Of a DNA stretch of 64,000 nucleotides, positions 11,765 to 25,057 are shown piece after piece. Where the stretch lies: NCBI GenBank assembly GCA_033442325.1, contig JAWQFM010000004.1:552979-616978 (forward strand). Direction: 5' to 3'. This stretch comes from Salpingoeca rosetta. Taxonomy: Eukaryota; Protista; Choanoflagellata. A model generated the notes under the pieces. That model worked only from the letters and a program-made list of their open reading frames with translations. It did no database searches and was not told where the DNA came from. The position numbers and the translations under genes are program-made. Numbering within the stretch: the stretch's first letter is position 1; each line of letters begins with the position of its first letter.

Positions 11765-14095
11765 AATACTGCGACGGGTGCGCTGCTGTTGCATCCTTGA
11801 ACGACTCCGCTGACGTTTGTGGCTTCTCAGCAGCAGCCATCCACTGGTCGTGGCAAGTGGCCACCTGTCCAGCAACCCCAACGATGAGTGCACACGATCC
11901 GCCAAAGTCACCAGCGTCCACGTCTCGGAGATCCAATCCATTGCAACAGCCACCACTTCGTCACCTTATCTTGTGGTCCTGTGGCATCATTTTGGCGAGG
12001 GCCATGGCTTCATCGGCACCATCAGCGTGTCTGCGAGCGGAGACCAGCACCTGCTTGTGAGGGAGGCCTGTGTTTTGGGCTGTGTACAGCCTGACCTCCT
12101 CCTTCTCCTACTCGTCGCGCGTGTCCCTGATCCACAGCCTCTTGCAGCAGGACACTCGTGCTCGCTGCCGGTTACGGTGGTGCACAGTGTTTGGGACTTG
12201 GACAAGCCCTTGTCGTGCGGCCTTGAAGTCCCCGTTTGGTGGCCAGCACAATCGATCAGAGGCAACAGCGGGGGTGTGTACCAGCCCTGCGATGGTGAGC
12301 GCGTCCTGACCACGTACACCCTGGAGCAGTGGAACATGACAAGTGTTGCCATTGTGCTGTGGAGCATGCGAGGCTGGCAGCCCATCATTCAGCACCACGC
12401 CGGCCAGTGCAAGCTTCGAGTCAGCCGCATCAACACGCGACGCAAAGCACGTTCTCCTGTATGGCCGAGCTTCGCGGTGCCGGCTGCGTATTGTGTGCTC
12501 AGCTTCAACAAGGTCAACACAACGGCCGTCGCAATTTGCCCTGTTGGCCATCTAGGTTGATCCAAGGCGCGATGCTTGGTGCCGTTGCCTTTGTCACCCA
12601 CCACGTCGAGGCTGTGCCCTGAGCTGCCAATCACCTCCCGTCGAATTGACGTGGGCAGCGTTGCTAAGCTGCAGCGAGCCCTGTGCGCATATTCCCTGCC
12701 ACCGTGATATGCCACCCGTCGAGGACGCACGGACAGCCACGCCGCTGTCTCTGTTGTCGCTTGCGGCCAGCAAAACCAGCCACGCGCCCGCACTCCGTGC
12801 CATCTGCACCTCCACCAGTGTGCCCTAGCTTGACTGCAACACAGAGCAGTTCATCGTGGACGAGGTGTGTGAGGCCATCAGGGCCTTCTTCAACCTCGGA
12901 GGGTAACAAGCCCAGGCAGTGAAGCCCTGGTCACTGCGCGCGTCGTTCCTGACGCACACACTCGTGGCAGACGTCATTCTGCTTGTGTGCACGTTTCCAA
13001 GTGGGCTTGAGCTTGCAACGTTCACCGCCGACAAGCAGTACAACCGCCAGCAGCGAGCATCATCGTCTCACCGGTGCAGACAGGACATTCATCAGCGAGA
13101 TGAGCAGCCGCGCGTTTTGGCACAACCTGGTGAAGTTGTCTGGTGAGCTGGCCAAGCTTGAGGACGCTGGGGCGCGTGTGGTGCCACTTGGCGCGTGCAG
13201 CTGGTTTTGTGAATGACGGTTTTCAGTCAACGGGCGATACAGAGCTGTTTGGCTGCTTCATTGTTTGCGTGAGCGCCAGTTCCCGTTGGAGGCGGCGTGG
13301 TACATGCTCACCGTCGCCCTTATCACAGCCCCTCACCTTCGTCAGTGGCAACGACGTGGCCCAGTTGCTGCTGGGAGTTGGTGACAACAAGTCGGTGGTG
13401 ACCATGCTGGCGCTTGGCGTGCTGGCTGATTGTGGACATGGTGCAGGAGGTGCGGCAGTCACGGCTGGTTGGAAGTGATGGATGTGGTGTTGGTGTTTGC
13501 GGTGCGTGGCACGTGCTCTTCCCACCACGCACCCTTCCCAACACGCACTCTTCCCAGCACGCACCCTTTCCCAGCACGCTCCCACGTTCCTTTCCACTGC
13601 GGTGCTGCCTGCAGCCGCTCCAGCCAGCGCATGATCCTGGTCCATCTGCTTCGACATGCGCCACTTCCCTGCTCTGCTCGTCCTCGGCATCAGCATCGTG
13701 GCTGGGTGTACGTCGTTCCGGTTGATTCTGCTGCTCAACGACAACACGTTGTCGGCCAACGGGGTGCTGCTCGTGTTCAACAACATGCTGCTGCTGCTGC
13801 TGGCATTTGAGCTATGGATACCTTTGACGGCGGCTACAGTGGTGGTGGTGGCTGCTGCGCGTCCTGTGTGTCATCTCCATGATGCTGAACCTGCTGCTTG
13901 CACTCATGTTGGACCGCGCAGATGTTGAGTTCCAGCTGCTATGTGGCTGACGCAGGAGGAGGTGGTGGAGGTGGATGTGCGACGCTTCCTCAAGTGGTGG
14001 CTGCAACGTGCAGTGGCAGGGTGTGCTGTATGCGCTGAAGAAGGAGATGCAGCGCAGCACGTGCAGAACGACGTTGCCGACCATCATAGAATGAA
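11765..14095 (+). pseudogene. Decayed C-terminal fragment of a paralogue of the giant 34.3-48.5 kb membrane protein
   Basis: Colinear weak matches (relic vs giant): DGCAAVA vs GGCLLVL; AIHWSWQ vs ALAWAQ; HVSEIQS vs PISNVES; HLLVRE vs HVLLHE; AAGHSCSLPVTVVHSVWD vs PAGADCSRSPQTLFETLYD; W..LVADVILLVCTF vs W..VLASHMVFVCRF. Hydrophobic segments follow; many stops. Confidence 0.5.
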
Positions 14096-14274
14096 ATGTG
14101 ACATGCCTTGAAGTTGATGGCGTTGTGTTGGTTTGTCTTTGCGTTGGTGTTGGTTCATTGCTTGCACTTTGCGTCGTTCCAAACCCCGCAATACATGCAT
14201 GCTGACGACAAATTCACTCATACGTACACAAAACGAGCAAGCGAGTGCACATGCACGCACACACGCACGTGCAA

Positions 14275-14969
14275 TCAAGCAAAGTGGTGGTCCTTGAGTT
14301 CTCCAAACGATGGTCGTTCACGCGGGTTCTGCGCCATGCACTTGTACGTCAGCGACTGGAACCACTCGGGGATGGCTAAGGAGAGAGTGGTGTGCATGTG
14401 TGTGTGAGTGAGAAGAGAGGACGTGCAAGCAATCCAAGGACACACACATGCACACACACACATACACACACACAACTCACCATCTTCTTCACCATCCTCG
14501 AATCGCAACCGCTTCCCATCCTTCATCAGGTTGCTGATGGTGGCGAGGATTGGTCCCCGATACCCACTCCCCTTCTCCTGCTCGATCAGATCAGGTTGTC
14601 GCTGCGTCCCCACCTCCCACATCAGCACGCCAAAGCTAAACACGTCTGCCTCGAAGCTGTACTTGTCGCCCGTCAGTGCCTCTGGTGCCATGTACAGTGG
14701 CGTACCCACACCAGCCGTCAGCGTTATGCTGGTCATCGTCTGCAGCCCAGCCTGCTGGCTGTACTGAGGGTAATCATCATGGCTGGAAGAGAGACTTGTG
14801 CGCTGCTGGTGCTGGTTTTTGTGTCGTGTGAAGCACTGGCGAATGGACCCAAAGTCCGTAATCTTGGCGCGAAGCGAAGCTGACACCAGCACGTTGCCGC
14901 TCTTCGAGTCCTTGTATAGTGGGTGGTGGATGGGTGGGTGGAGATGAAGGGTGAGCAGCAAACACGCGC

Positions 14970-15061
<92 letters not shown>

Positions 15062-16039
15062 TCACAAATATCCCACTCACCGGTGCAGCTGTTCGAGGCT
15101 GTGGATAAAGGCCATGTCACTCAGGCCACTCACAACATCAGAACATCGCGCAGCAATCGCTGCTTCAGATCCCACACAGTCATTGTCTCAACGCTTCTGT
15201 CGCGTCATGTGCTGACCAACATCAACTCCTCGCCCACGTGCCTCGTGGCCAGAAACCGTGAGGAACAGTACACCATTGATGTCAGCTCCATGGCTCCAGG
15301 GCACGAGCCATCAATGATGCTTTGCAGGGTGCACTGGCCAGCACGTTGTTCGTCGCTATCAGCGCGGCGCACGCGTGTGCATGAGGGGTGTGGTTGCGCG
15401 CTCCTGAGGATGGCAGCGCATGCCGTGTCTGGTTGAGATGGTCTGCCGTTGATGGGAGCTGGTTTCCCTTCAACACCGTTGCTGTTGCATCCAAAGGCGT
15501 TCATCATGCGTTGATCGATGACAGATCAATCGTGGTGGAAGGAGTGTTTCGTGGACGCAACTGCGCTGTGGCGAACGGCACGCGATGCTCCTTGAGCGCT
15601 GTTACCAGGTGTTTCAAAGTTGCGTCCACGGAGGGGACAGCGTGCGTTCCTTGGTGCTGTGAAACGGACGTGGAGAGGTGGAGAGAGGTGGGAATGTGGA
15701 GGTGTGAGTCGGTGGCAGCTGCAAGTGCAACCGTGAACAGAGCAGAAGGCACGTTGTGGCAAAGAACCAAAACACAAGGACAACAAGAGCAAGAAGCTAG
15801 ACACAGACACACAGACACACACACACACACTCACTCACTCACTCACTCACACACACTCACACACACACTCTCTCACTCACAGCATCCTTCAAGCAGCCGC
15901 TGCCATGGACACGAGTCACCGACTAGCCTGCCAATAACAACAGCAACAGTGGTGGCAACAGCGAGAACAGCGCCCAGCGATGATGAGGGCGAACAGCAGC
16001 AGCAGCAGCAGCAGCAGCTGGGAGAGGAGAAGGTCGCAT
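14275..16039 (-). pseudogene. Receptor-type TKL protein kinase pseudogene (signal peptide, ectodomain fragments, C-lobe)
   Basis: MAFIHSLEQLHR|DSKSGNVL..KITDFG..GTPLYMAPE..DVFSFGVLMWE..RPSF. Intron at 14376-14480. The N-lobe and most of the ectodomain are missing, and there are in-frame stops upstream. Confidence 0.8.
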
Positions 16040-17082
16040 GTTGACACGGAAGGAAGGACAGTGAGGAAGGAAGTGAAAGAAAGAAAAAGCACACAAGAGA
16101 ATAACAACACAATACACCAGGGAAGGAAAGGATTCCCAGTTTTGCTGGCTTTGTTTCCTTCTGCGCAAACACTTTCCTTCCTCGCTTGGAATAATTTAAT
16201 TGCCCTGCGATGATTTGCTTTGCAAGAGAAGGGGTTTTAAAAAATATTACCGGTGACCATTGCTAAACTACGGTTGCGAAGTGAGCATTGCCGGTTCGTG
16301 ACCACGCGCAAAAGCTCGAGGCGTGTCCACTAACCCTCAAATCGCATGCTGTGAAGCCCTACCCCCGCTAACCGCTACGCTCGCTCCCGCATCGCTGCGC
16401 TACCCGAACCAGATTTGTCGCACAGGGTTTTCCCTAACCGGCGGCTGCGCCGCCTTTGCGCTGCCTTGACACATGCAAATTCCGAAACGGTAGAAACAAA
16501 AAACATTGAGAATTTAGCGAGCGCCTGCGGTAAAGTTGCAATAATCCCCAAGAGGGTGAAAAACCTGGCACTTTTGGCAACACACACGCGAGTGGATTTG
16601 GCCAGACTGCAGAATAGAAAACATGAAGTGGGGTTTGTTTGTTGTGCTTTGTGCTGTCGCGCACGTTGGCTTGGTTTGGTTGTGGATCGACGACGACAAC
16701 AGCACTGTCGCTTCCACACTGCACACAGCATCAGTTGCTGCTCCCATCACCATCACCCGCACAGACAGCGAACCACTGCGTGCTTCCGAATGTGTGCTGC
16801 AGCTGCTACCTTCTTCCACCTCATCGTTTACTTCCAAACGATGATAACCACTGGCAGAGCCCATTTTGCCCACTCACAACCCATCACACCTGCACTCAAT
16901 TGAACGCCCCCTGTACCGCCATCAGCCCTTCAGCTTTTGCGGGCGCACCCCTCCCCACTTGGCACCAAACAGCGCGATGATCTCATACCGAGTGCGTGAA
17001 GCAAAAAAGGCGACTCGCTCAGTGTATTGATTGCAGCAAGCGACAAGGACAGCAAGTGACGTGATGCCGATACATTTGCATG

Positions 17083-17604
17083 TTACAGAAGGCACATGGC
17101 AAGGCTTCTCCATATGCCGTTGCTGGAAAAGAAGAAAACGCTCGTCTGCAAGTTACCTCGTCTGCACTCGCAAGTATGTGCTTCGTTTTCGAACATCGAG
17201 CCCAGCAAGTTGCCACAGCCAGACTGCGTGCGAATACCTGTACCGACGATCATCATGTGGGGTGGGACCTGTTCTGACTTGAGCTGACGAACGTCCTTGT
17301 CAAGTTCGTTGACGTTCAAGTCGTTAATGAAAACGTTCTGATTTGGGGGGGGGGAGGTGTTGATGCGCAAGTCACCATTGGTTTCCGTGAAATGATGCTG
17401 GATAAACGTTTTGAGGGTCTGGATATCACGGGCCATTTGCTTCACGCTGACGCCATTCACAAGCACATCTTGGTGTGGCTGACTTGTGTTGAGATGAAGG
17501 TTTCCACTCGAGTCAACAGCCAAATATGGATCACTGGCCACGTTGGCCGTGAGCATCGTGGTCACAACCACGAGCAAAAGCAAAGACAAGCACAAGGCGG
17601 GCAT
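17083..17604 (-). CDS. Small secreted protein with two copies of the G(N/D)L(H/R)xNTS..Q.V.(V/I)N + coiled-coil module
   Basis: Signal peptide MPALCLSLLLLVVVTTMLTA, an internal duplicated module and a Cys-containing tail; intronless. Confidence 0.7.
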   Translation of the reverse strand: MPALCLSLLLLVVVTTMLTANVASDPYLAVDSSGNLHLNTSQPHQDVLVNGVSVKQMARDIQTLKTFIQHHFTETNGDLRINTSPPPNQNVFINDLNVNELDKDVRQLKSEQVPPHMMIVGTGIRTQSGCGNLLGSMFENEAHTCECRRGNLQTSVFFFSSNGIWRSLAMCLL

Positions 17605-18458
17605 TTGTGCGGTTGGTTCTGGTTCCCGTTAGCGTCTGACCGAGGAATGTGTGATGTTGATTACCAGCCAGCCCCAGGCAGACTTTCTTTCGTGGAATTC
17701 CGACATGACAATTTGGTCACCATTCTTGCCTTTCTTGCTTGTGTCGGGAACTTATTCAATTTTTAAAATTGTTGATGTGACGAAAGTTAGAGGCAAAAGA
17801 AAATTTACTGGTTCGAATGAGAAAGAATCACACCCTGCAACGGTGCACCGAATCTGGTCACGAACACGGGCGAGTTCCGCAGGTGGTGGTAGAAAACATC
17901 AAGAATTTAGCAAGCGCCTGCGGTAATAAATCCCTCAGACAAGCAAGGGGAAAGTTTCAATACCTTGGCAATTGCCCTCCCCCCCAGCTTCAGGGAAACT
18001 CGAGTCGCAGTTGTTGCCAAAGTGGTAGGAGTTACTTTGCTCTTGCACTCAATTTTGCCAACGACAGTCACACGCACATGTACACCGAACATTGTTGTTG
18101 CTCGCCCCATTCTAAGTTTGGCAGGACAACGCGAGATTTCGTTCGCGTGTGCAATCCTCCTTTTTTGAAAAACTTCCTGCCGTGTCGACGAAAAATTCTG
18201 CACTTCGTGCCCCCTCGGTGTCAGAGTCGACCTCCGAAGGTTTTGGTTGGAAGTGTTGGTGTTGGTCACGACGACACAGTCACAGTGATGAGCACAGTCA
18301 CATCATGTCATGTCACACTCCCACACTCTAACAGTGCGCCACACCGTGTTTTGGGTTTGAAGTCGGAGTGGACTTGACGATTCCATCATGCATGCATCAT
18401 TCATGCTTTGTCAAACAACAGCACTGCAAAATTGCTTGCTGTTTTGACAACACCAGCC

Positions 18459-21400
18459 ATGACCACCACAGCGACTGTGACGCGAGTGACAGTGGACGAC
18501 CTGCAGCAGGCTGTGTCGACGTTTGGCCTGATGCGGGACGGCGAGCGACACGTGGTCACATTCTGCCATCAAGGTACACCACTGCTTGCTACGCCAACGC
18601 CTCCACCGACCCATGTCTGTTTGTATCCCTTGTGTCCGCGCACTCACGTACTCCCTCCCTCCCTCAACCCTGTTCACGGTGCTGGCTCGCGCACTGGCTT
18701 TGGTAGGCTCAAGGCTGTTTGAAGAAGGCGTGCGGTGTGGCCATGTGCTCACAAGAGTTGAGGCAGGAGATCCTGTGAAGGCAAATGAAGCATCTTTAGG
18801 TGTGGATGTCGCCGTAATACGTTTCGTGAGCGCAGAGCCAGTGACTCCCGCCCGTCTCATGGACCAAACCTTTGCGCAGAGGCGTAAGTCAATTGTTGCT
18901 CATCTCATGCTTGCTGACGCCTCATCGTGCTGCCTCTCCCCCCAATAACCCACAGTATGAACTGTCATCGACACCTCCCTACCACCAGCCCATGCACGCT
19001 ATGAACATCGTCTTGACGCGCTCACAATGACGTTGCTTGTACACCTGTGTGGTTAGTCCGAGGCCATCCTGCGACGCTTGTGTTCCAACACGTGCCCAGG
19101 CTACCTCCAGATGTCATACGCCGTCGAGACACCGACATGTGTCTCCTGTTGGCGCAATGCCTGAGCAACGGGGGCAGCAATCAAGAAGTGGCAATTCAAC
19201 GGCATTTCAACCAAAATCTCGACAAGCGCGACGGATACCACCAATTGAAGGAGGTTGCCTTCACACGCAATGCCGCTGAAAGTCACCACTTTACCGTCGC
19301 GTTTGGCAGCGACGATCCACTCAACGGCGAAGACACAACCCCAGTGTACATCTGCTTCCAGAGCACGCAGACGCTGCAACACGCCATGACGGACATGACG
19401 GCGTTTGCCCTTCCTCCGATGAGCGGGGCCATCGAGGGCCGTGTGCATGTGGGGTTTCTTCACGTGGCTGAGAAGATCCCCGTCGAGCCATTTGTGCGGT
19501 TGCTCCATGGCAGTCCAGGTGACAAAAAGAAGTACCGCTTGGTGTTTTGCGGCCACTCGCTCGGCGGTGCGCTGGCACAGCTGGTGGCGTTGCGCGTGCT
19601 GCTTGAGTGCCACCAGCGTGACGACCGCAGAAACGTGCACGTGGTGACGTTTGGCGCACCTCTTGTCGGAGACAGGGCTTTCGCGCAGCAGTTCGAGCGG
19701 GAGATTGGTGGTGCTGACGTGGCTCACAGCAACTGCCGGTTCCACGTGTACAACAACGACATTGTCCCACGCGTGCTGACGTTGCTCACCCGTGCATTCA
19801 GCTCCCAAGCAGATGCTCGTACGCGGTCGTCACTTGTCACGGAAGTTCTGAACAAGGCTTTCAACCAACCAGAGACCCACAGCTCGTTCTTCGATGGCAT
19901 CATGTCCGTCTTCTCGCGAAATGCGACAGGGAGTCTTTGGGTGACACTTGCAAGCTGTCTTCATTCCCTTGTGAAGCAATGTGTGGAGTGCGACTATTCG
20001 CCCTTTGGCACGTACCTGATTTATGAGGACTCACAATGGAAGCCATACAACAACCCAAATGAGATCCACGCCGCTTTGTTCAAGAACGACACACTTCCGC
20101 AGCTGAAGGCAGAGCTCCTCAAACATCACTTTCTGGACCACTATTGCCAGGGCCACCACTTCAATCGACACGCATGGTATCCGCAACAAACGTCCAAAGT
20201 CCCAACGTTCACCCAGCATCCCGACTTCTCCGCCCCTCGGAAGTTGATGTTCCAGTCAGACCACTCGAGCACGACGTCGACAGCCAACAGCCAACAGCAC
20301 CATCTCACATTCACTGGCGACGGGTTTGCGTTTGTCACGCACGTGACAAGCTCCCTTGATGGACATAGTTGCGAGTTCACGCCAGTGATTCTTGACGGAG
20401 GCAAGCGGCTGGAGGTGACGATTTCATGCACGACACAACAGGCAAAGGCCGTGTTTGATGTGCGACTTTACACCGTATTCACAGCGCCTGCGAGCACAGT
20501 GCCTGTCGATGTCACTCAACTCTCAAAGTTGCCCTTGTTTGGCAAGCTGGCGCAGGCCGCAAAGCTCTCACGTCACGACGTCATCAACCAAGTATGGTGC
20601 AGTTTGTGTGTGTGTGTGTCTGTGTGTGTGTGTGTGTCTGTCTGTGTGTGTGTGGAGGCGTGTGTGGTGCATTGATGTGTGCTCCACTGATCTGTGAGAT
20701 TTACCAAACCTCCAACGCTGACAGGCGTTTCGGCCATCACCTATACTCGCATGTGGCTTCTGCAGGCTTTTCTGCTCACCCTGTTCTCAGACGACAAGGA
20801 AAAACAAGAAAAGGTGCTTAGAATTCTGACTGAGCTGGAGGAAGGCGAAGTAACACCGGCTGCGAAGCGGTGGCACGAGAGTGACCAGGACGAGGCTGCA
20901 GCGGCCCTGCGCGAAGTCGTTGGCTCCACAATTTCGATCGAAGAACTCAAGTACCAGGACGAGCGCACAAAGCCACTGCAGAAGGCGATTCAAGTCATGG
21001 CCGAACAAGAGGGTGGAGGCCGAGGTTTCGGTGCTTTGACAGACGCAAGCAAGGAGGTGCTTGGGCGGGACGCCACCAACGCGAAGGCTTTTGCGGATAA
21101 AATGAGGGATGCAGGTGAGGATGTGTGTGTTTGTGTGTGTTTGTTTGTGCGAGTATGTGTGGTTGCGTTGTTGCCGTGGGTTTGGTGTGGGCGTTTCATC
21201 GGAACAAGGCCTGCGCAGGAATTGTTCCTGTGTAGATGCTTGGGTTCTTCCTGTGGAACGCTTCTATGTGAATTCACATCAGTTGCTGGTCCACGTGCGA
21301 TTTTGTACGTGGTTCATGGTGTTCCTGAAAGTGCGCAAGTATCAAGTGTATGATCCACCCGCTGGAGAAACATATGCAGACAGGCACGAACAACGGTTGC

Positions 21401-23417
21401 CGTACAAACGCGCCTCAGAATGGTTCCGGAGTGACAAGAGCACGTGTGCACAGGATGCGCTGCGGGCAGTTTCGTGGTCAACACTGGACGTGCTCGCGCG
21501 TACGGGGTATCCAGACATTGCCGTGAAGAAGGGGCCTGGCATTATCGCGCTAACCACTGCCATCACTATCGTCATGGCTGGCCTCGCCGTCTTTTCACTT
21601 CTTGGGATTGTTGCGGGCATCTATGACCTGAGTTTGGAGGTTGGCGGCCTTACCATGCTGACAGGCAGCGTCAGTGCTTTTCTGCTTGCTGGCGTACTTG
21701 GCAAAGTTCTCGCAAAACTCAACGAGAATCAGGCGGAATACCAGAAGAATCTTCAGGTGTGGTGTTGTGGGCATGCTTGTGTGCGTGTGTTGATGTGCTT
21801 GTGTGTGTGTGTGTGTGTGTGTGTGCGTGCGTGCGTGCGTGTTTGCTCGTTGGTGTTTGCATGCGTGCGTGTGCAACAAAGTATGTGTGCACGTGCATGC
21901 ATGGACGCCATTGCATTTTCATTCGCAGCATGTCAGCACACAGCTCACAACACGTGTACTGCACATGCACCAACGTACACACGCACACGCAAATCACCCA
22001 CTGCTATGGTACCAAAACAGTTAATGCTTCAACTACTTGGACTAGATGAGGAAAAGGATTTGCCGCTGGACCCAACGTACTTTGCTGAGAAGGCCATTGT
22101 GCAAAAGGGGATTGCGCAGAAGATGAAAGTGATTGTGGGCCACAGCATCGACCCAGCCGCCCTCATGTCTGCGGAATTCCGGGCCAAGTATTTCTCCAAG
22201 CTCAAGCAAGGCGATCCCCTGTACAACGTAACAGACGACGACACAGCGCGCAAGCGGGCGCTGCTGTTCCTCCGCGACGTGTGGCTCATCTTCCGCCTGC
22301 GAAAAGTGCTCGCCGGCACGTTTATGTTTGGCGTTGTCGGAACCACCAAGACGGGCAAGGTGTGTGCTTGTGTGTACGTGCGCGTGTGTGCATGAGCTTG
22401 CATGGGAGGCGCTTCCAATGCGTCTGCGAACTCCTGCAAACACTCATTTGTTCACTCCACCCTGGCGTCATGCGTGACATGCGTTCTTCACTTCAGAGCA
22501 CGTTCCTCTCTCGGCTCAAATTCAAGTCCAACCCCGATTCTGCCGTCAACTCGACGCGCATTGAGTTCTACAAGTGGCCCGCCGCCCGGCACTTTGTCTT
22601 TGTTGATTTTCCGGGCAGCGACGACGCAACCAAGAAGGTGTGGCATGCCTGTAGTTACTGCTGCTGATGCTGCTGCTGCTGCTGCTGCTGTTGTTGTTGT
22701 TGTTGCTGATGATGTTGTTGAAAGGGGCGAATAGCGTTTGACGTGTTGCGGTGTATGTATTGGCTCCCTCACATGTCTCGACATCTCGGTTGTTTTGCAT
22801 ATCCATCCAATTACAGGTCGAGGAGGCGTTTGCTGCGCACTATTCGATCGTCGATGCCTGCATCTTCGTCGTTGAGGCAGACAAGCCAAACACCGCACGT
22901 GTCAAGGACGCACTCCTGGCAGCTCTCCGACGAGAGGTACGAACTGTTTTGTGAATGTGTGTGTGAATGTGTGCATGTGTGTGTGTGTGTGCGCGTGCAT
23001 GTGTGTGTGTGTGTGTACGTGTGGTTTTGTGTGTGAATGTGTGTGCAACTCAAATATCTCAAGGCCACTTTGAGACCTGCATTGATGTTTCGTCACCCAC
23101 CACCCGTGACATGGATGCAGGTGCCCATTTTGCTGTGTTTGAACAAGGCGGACTTGCTGCTCCCGCGCCCTCTTCAGCAACAACAGGATGAACTGCCGAT
23201 TGCTCAGTCACCAGACTCTGCTGCAGCCGAGGTGACCTCTCCAGTGGACGATGGCGACGATGATGATGATGATGACGGATATGATGATTTCGAGGAGCTT
23301 GGCCCTTTGGTACGAGTCGTGTCATTGACTGGGTGCACGCACGCACACACAAGCACACGTCAACATGCATGCACGCACACGCGTGTGCGTGAGGCTAGCC
23401 AGAGAGCGAGTGCCGCT

Positions 23418-23475
<58 letters not shown>

Positions 23476-23890
23476 ACACGTACGACAGTATCTTCTGACG
23501 CTTCTCACTGCATGGGTCTGTTTTGTGTTCTGGGTTGTCGTGGTGCAGACACCGTTGCGTACACAGGAAGAGCTGCACGATATCCTGCGGAAGAAGATAC
23601 AGCTGACCCTAGGAGGCGCCAATCCACACGTGACCATCGACAAGGAGTCTGGCCTCCACACTGTCGAAGTGCAACGCGCGTCTGAAGACAAGCAGGCGTT
23701 CTCAACATGCCTGACGTGTTTTGCACCGCACCTTGGTCCAGTAGTGAAGCCTTCGGACCTCCAAGAACGCGCCATCTTCACGCCAAAGGTCGTCTTGGAG
23801 CAGTGGCTCTTCCCCACGCTCAAGGCGTGCGAGATTCCCGTGGAGGAACCAGAGTACAAGGAAATCCTCGCCTACCTCAGGCGACGATAG
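18459..23890 (+). CDS. Class-3 lipase - TM hairpin - P-loop GTPase fusion protein (~10 exons, ~1,240 aa), possible PDZ-like N-terminus
   Basis: Lipase motifs [32 protein letters not shown]. Hydrophobic stretch at 21540-21715. GTPase motifs G1 GTTKTGK|S, G3 DFPG, G4 NKAD. GT-AG introns join the exons in frame up to TAG at 23888-23890. Confidence 0.85.
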
Positions 23891-23952
23891 TGGTGTGTGT
23901 GTGTGTGTCTGTGTGTGTGTCTGTGTGTGTGTGTGTGTGTGTGTCTGTGTGT

Positions 23953-24029
<77 letters not shown>

Positions 24030-24266
24030 GGTTGCATGGCCCAACTCATTTCGCAAACGCACTGGAGCTTGTGTTTGGGCGTTGTTTATTGCTTCCCACT
24101 ATCGCCTTCGTTGCACCTCGCACTGTTTTGCACCGCGTTACTTGCTTGGTGATACATGTTTTCTTGCTTTGTTTCTCCAGCCAGCAAGCAAGAAGGCTGG
24201 TGACAATGTCGCGAAGCGGGTGAAAAGATCAGCGTGTGCAGGTGCAAGCACACAAAGACAAGACAG

Positions 24267-24313
<47 letters not shown>

Positions 24314-24393
24314 GAAGAGCACGTGAACACCAGCGGAAGCTTACGCTTCATCCTCTCCCTCATCATCATCGTCGTCGTCATCCTCGTCATCAA

Positions 24394-24637
24394 CAGCAGC
24401 GGTCGCAGCACCATCGGCAAACACTGCTGCACCACCAGTATCACTCTCAGCGTATGCAGCGCTTGCAGACAGGCAGCTTGGGACGGACGAGATTCACATG
24501 CTCGGCTGTCGGTAAGCGACTGCTATGCACATCACCATCAGTGTTTCAGTGTGCTGTGGTTAGGGTATGTTCAGCGCATGCTCGATGACGTGACGTCCTA
24601 TCTGCTCACTCACCCCTGTGTGTGCGTGCGTGTGTGT

Positions 24638-24673
<36 letters not shown>

Positions 24674-25022
24674 ATGCGTGTGTGTGTGCACGTCTTAGGC
24701 TGTGGCATCGAGGGTTGGGCGGGCTTTTGAATCCAAGCGCGCTTCAGGGCAATGACGACGATGCTCGCAACCACCGCCGGTTCAAGGTAGCAGACAGAAG
24801 GCTGTTTACTGCCCAGGTGTGTGCATATCTGCGTGTATGCACATGTGTATGCATGGGTGTGCGTGCATGTGTGTAGTTGTGTACATGAGTGCGTGTCTGT
24901 GCGTGTGTATGCGTGCGTACGTGTGTCCTGTGTCTGTGTCTGTGTCTGCGTGCCTGTGTACGTGTCTGCGTGCCTGTGTACGTGCCTGTGTCTGTCTGTG
25001 TCTGTGTCTGTGTGCCTGTGCC

Positions 25023-25057
<35 letters not shown>

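Noticed and set aside
16325-16440. TAACCC/CCCTAA telomere-like hexamers
   Set aside because: Isolated occurrences, not an array.
16623-16844. 73-aa ORF with a signal-anchor-like start
   Set aside because: Too short with no recognisable domain; possibly a remnant but unsupported.
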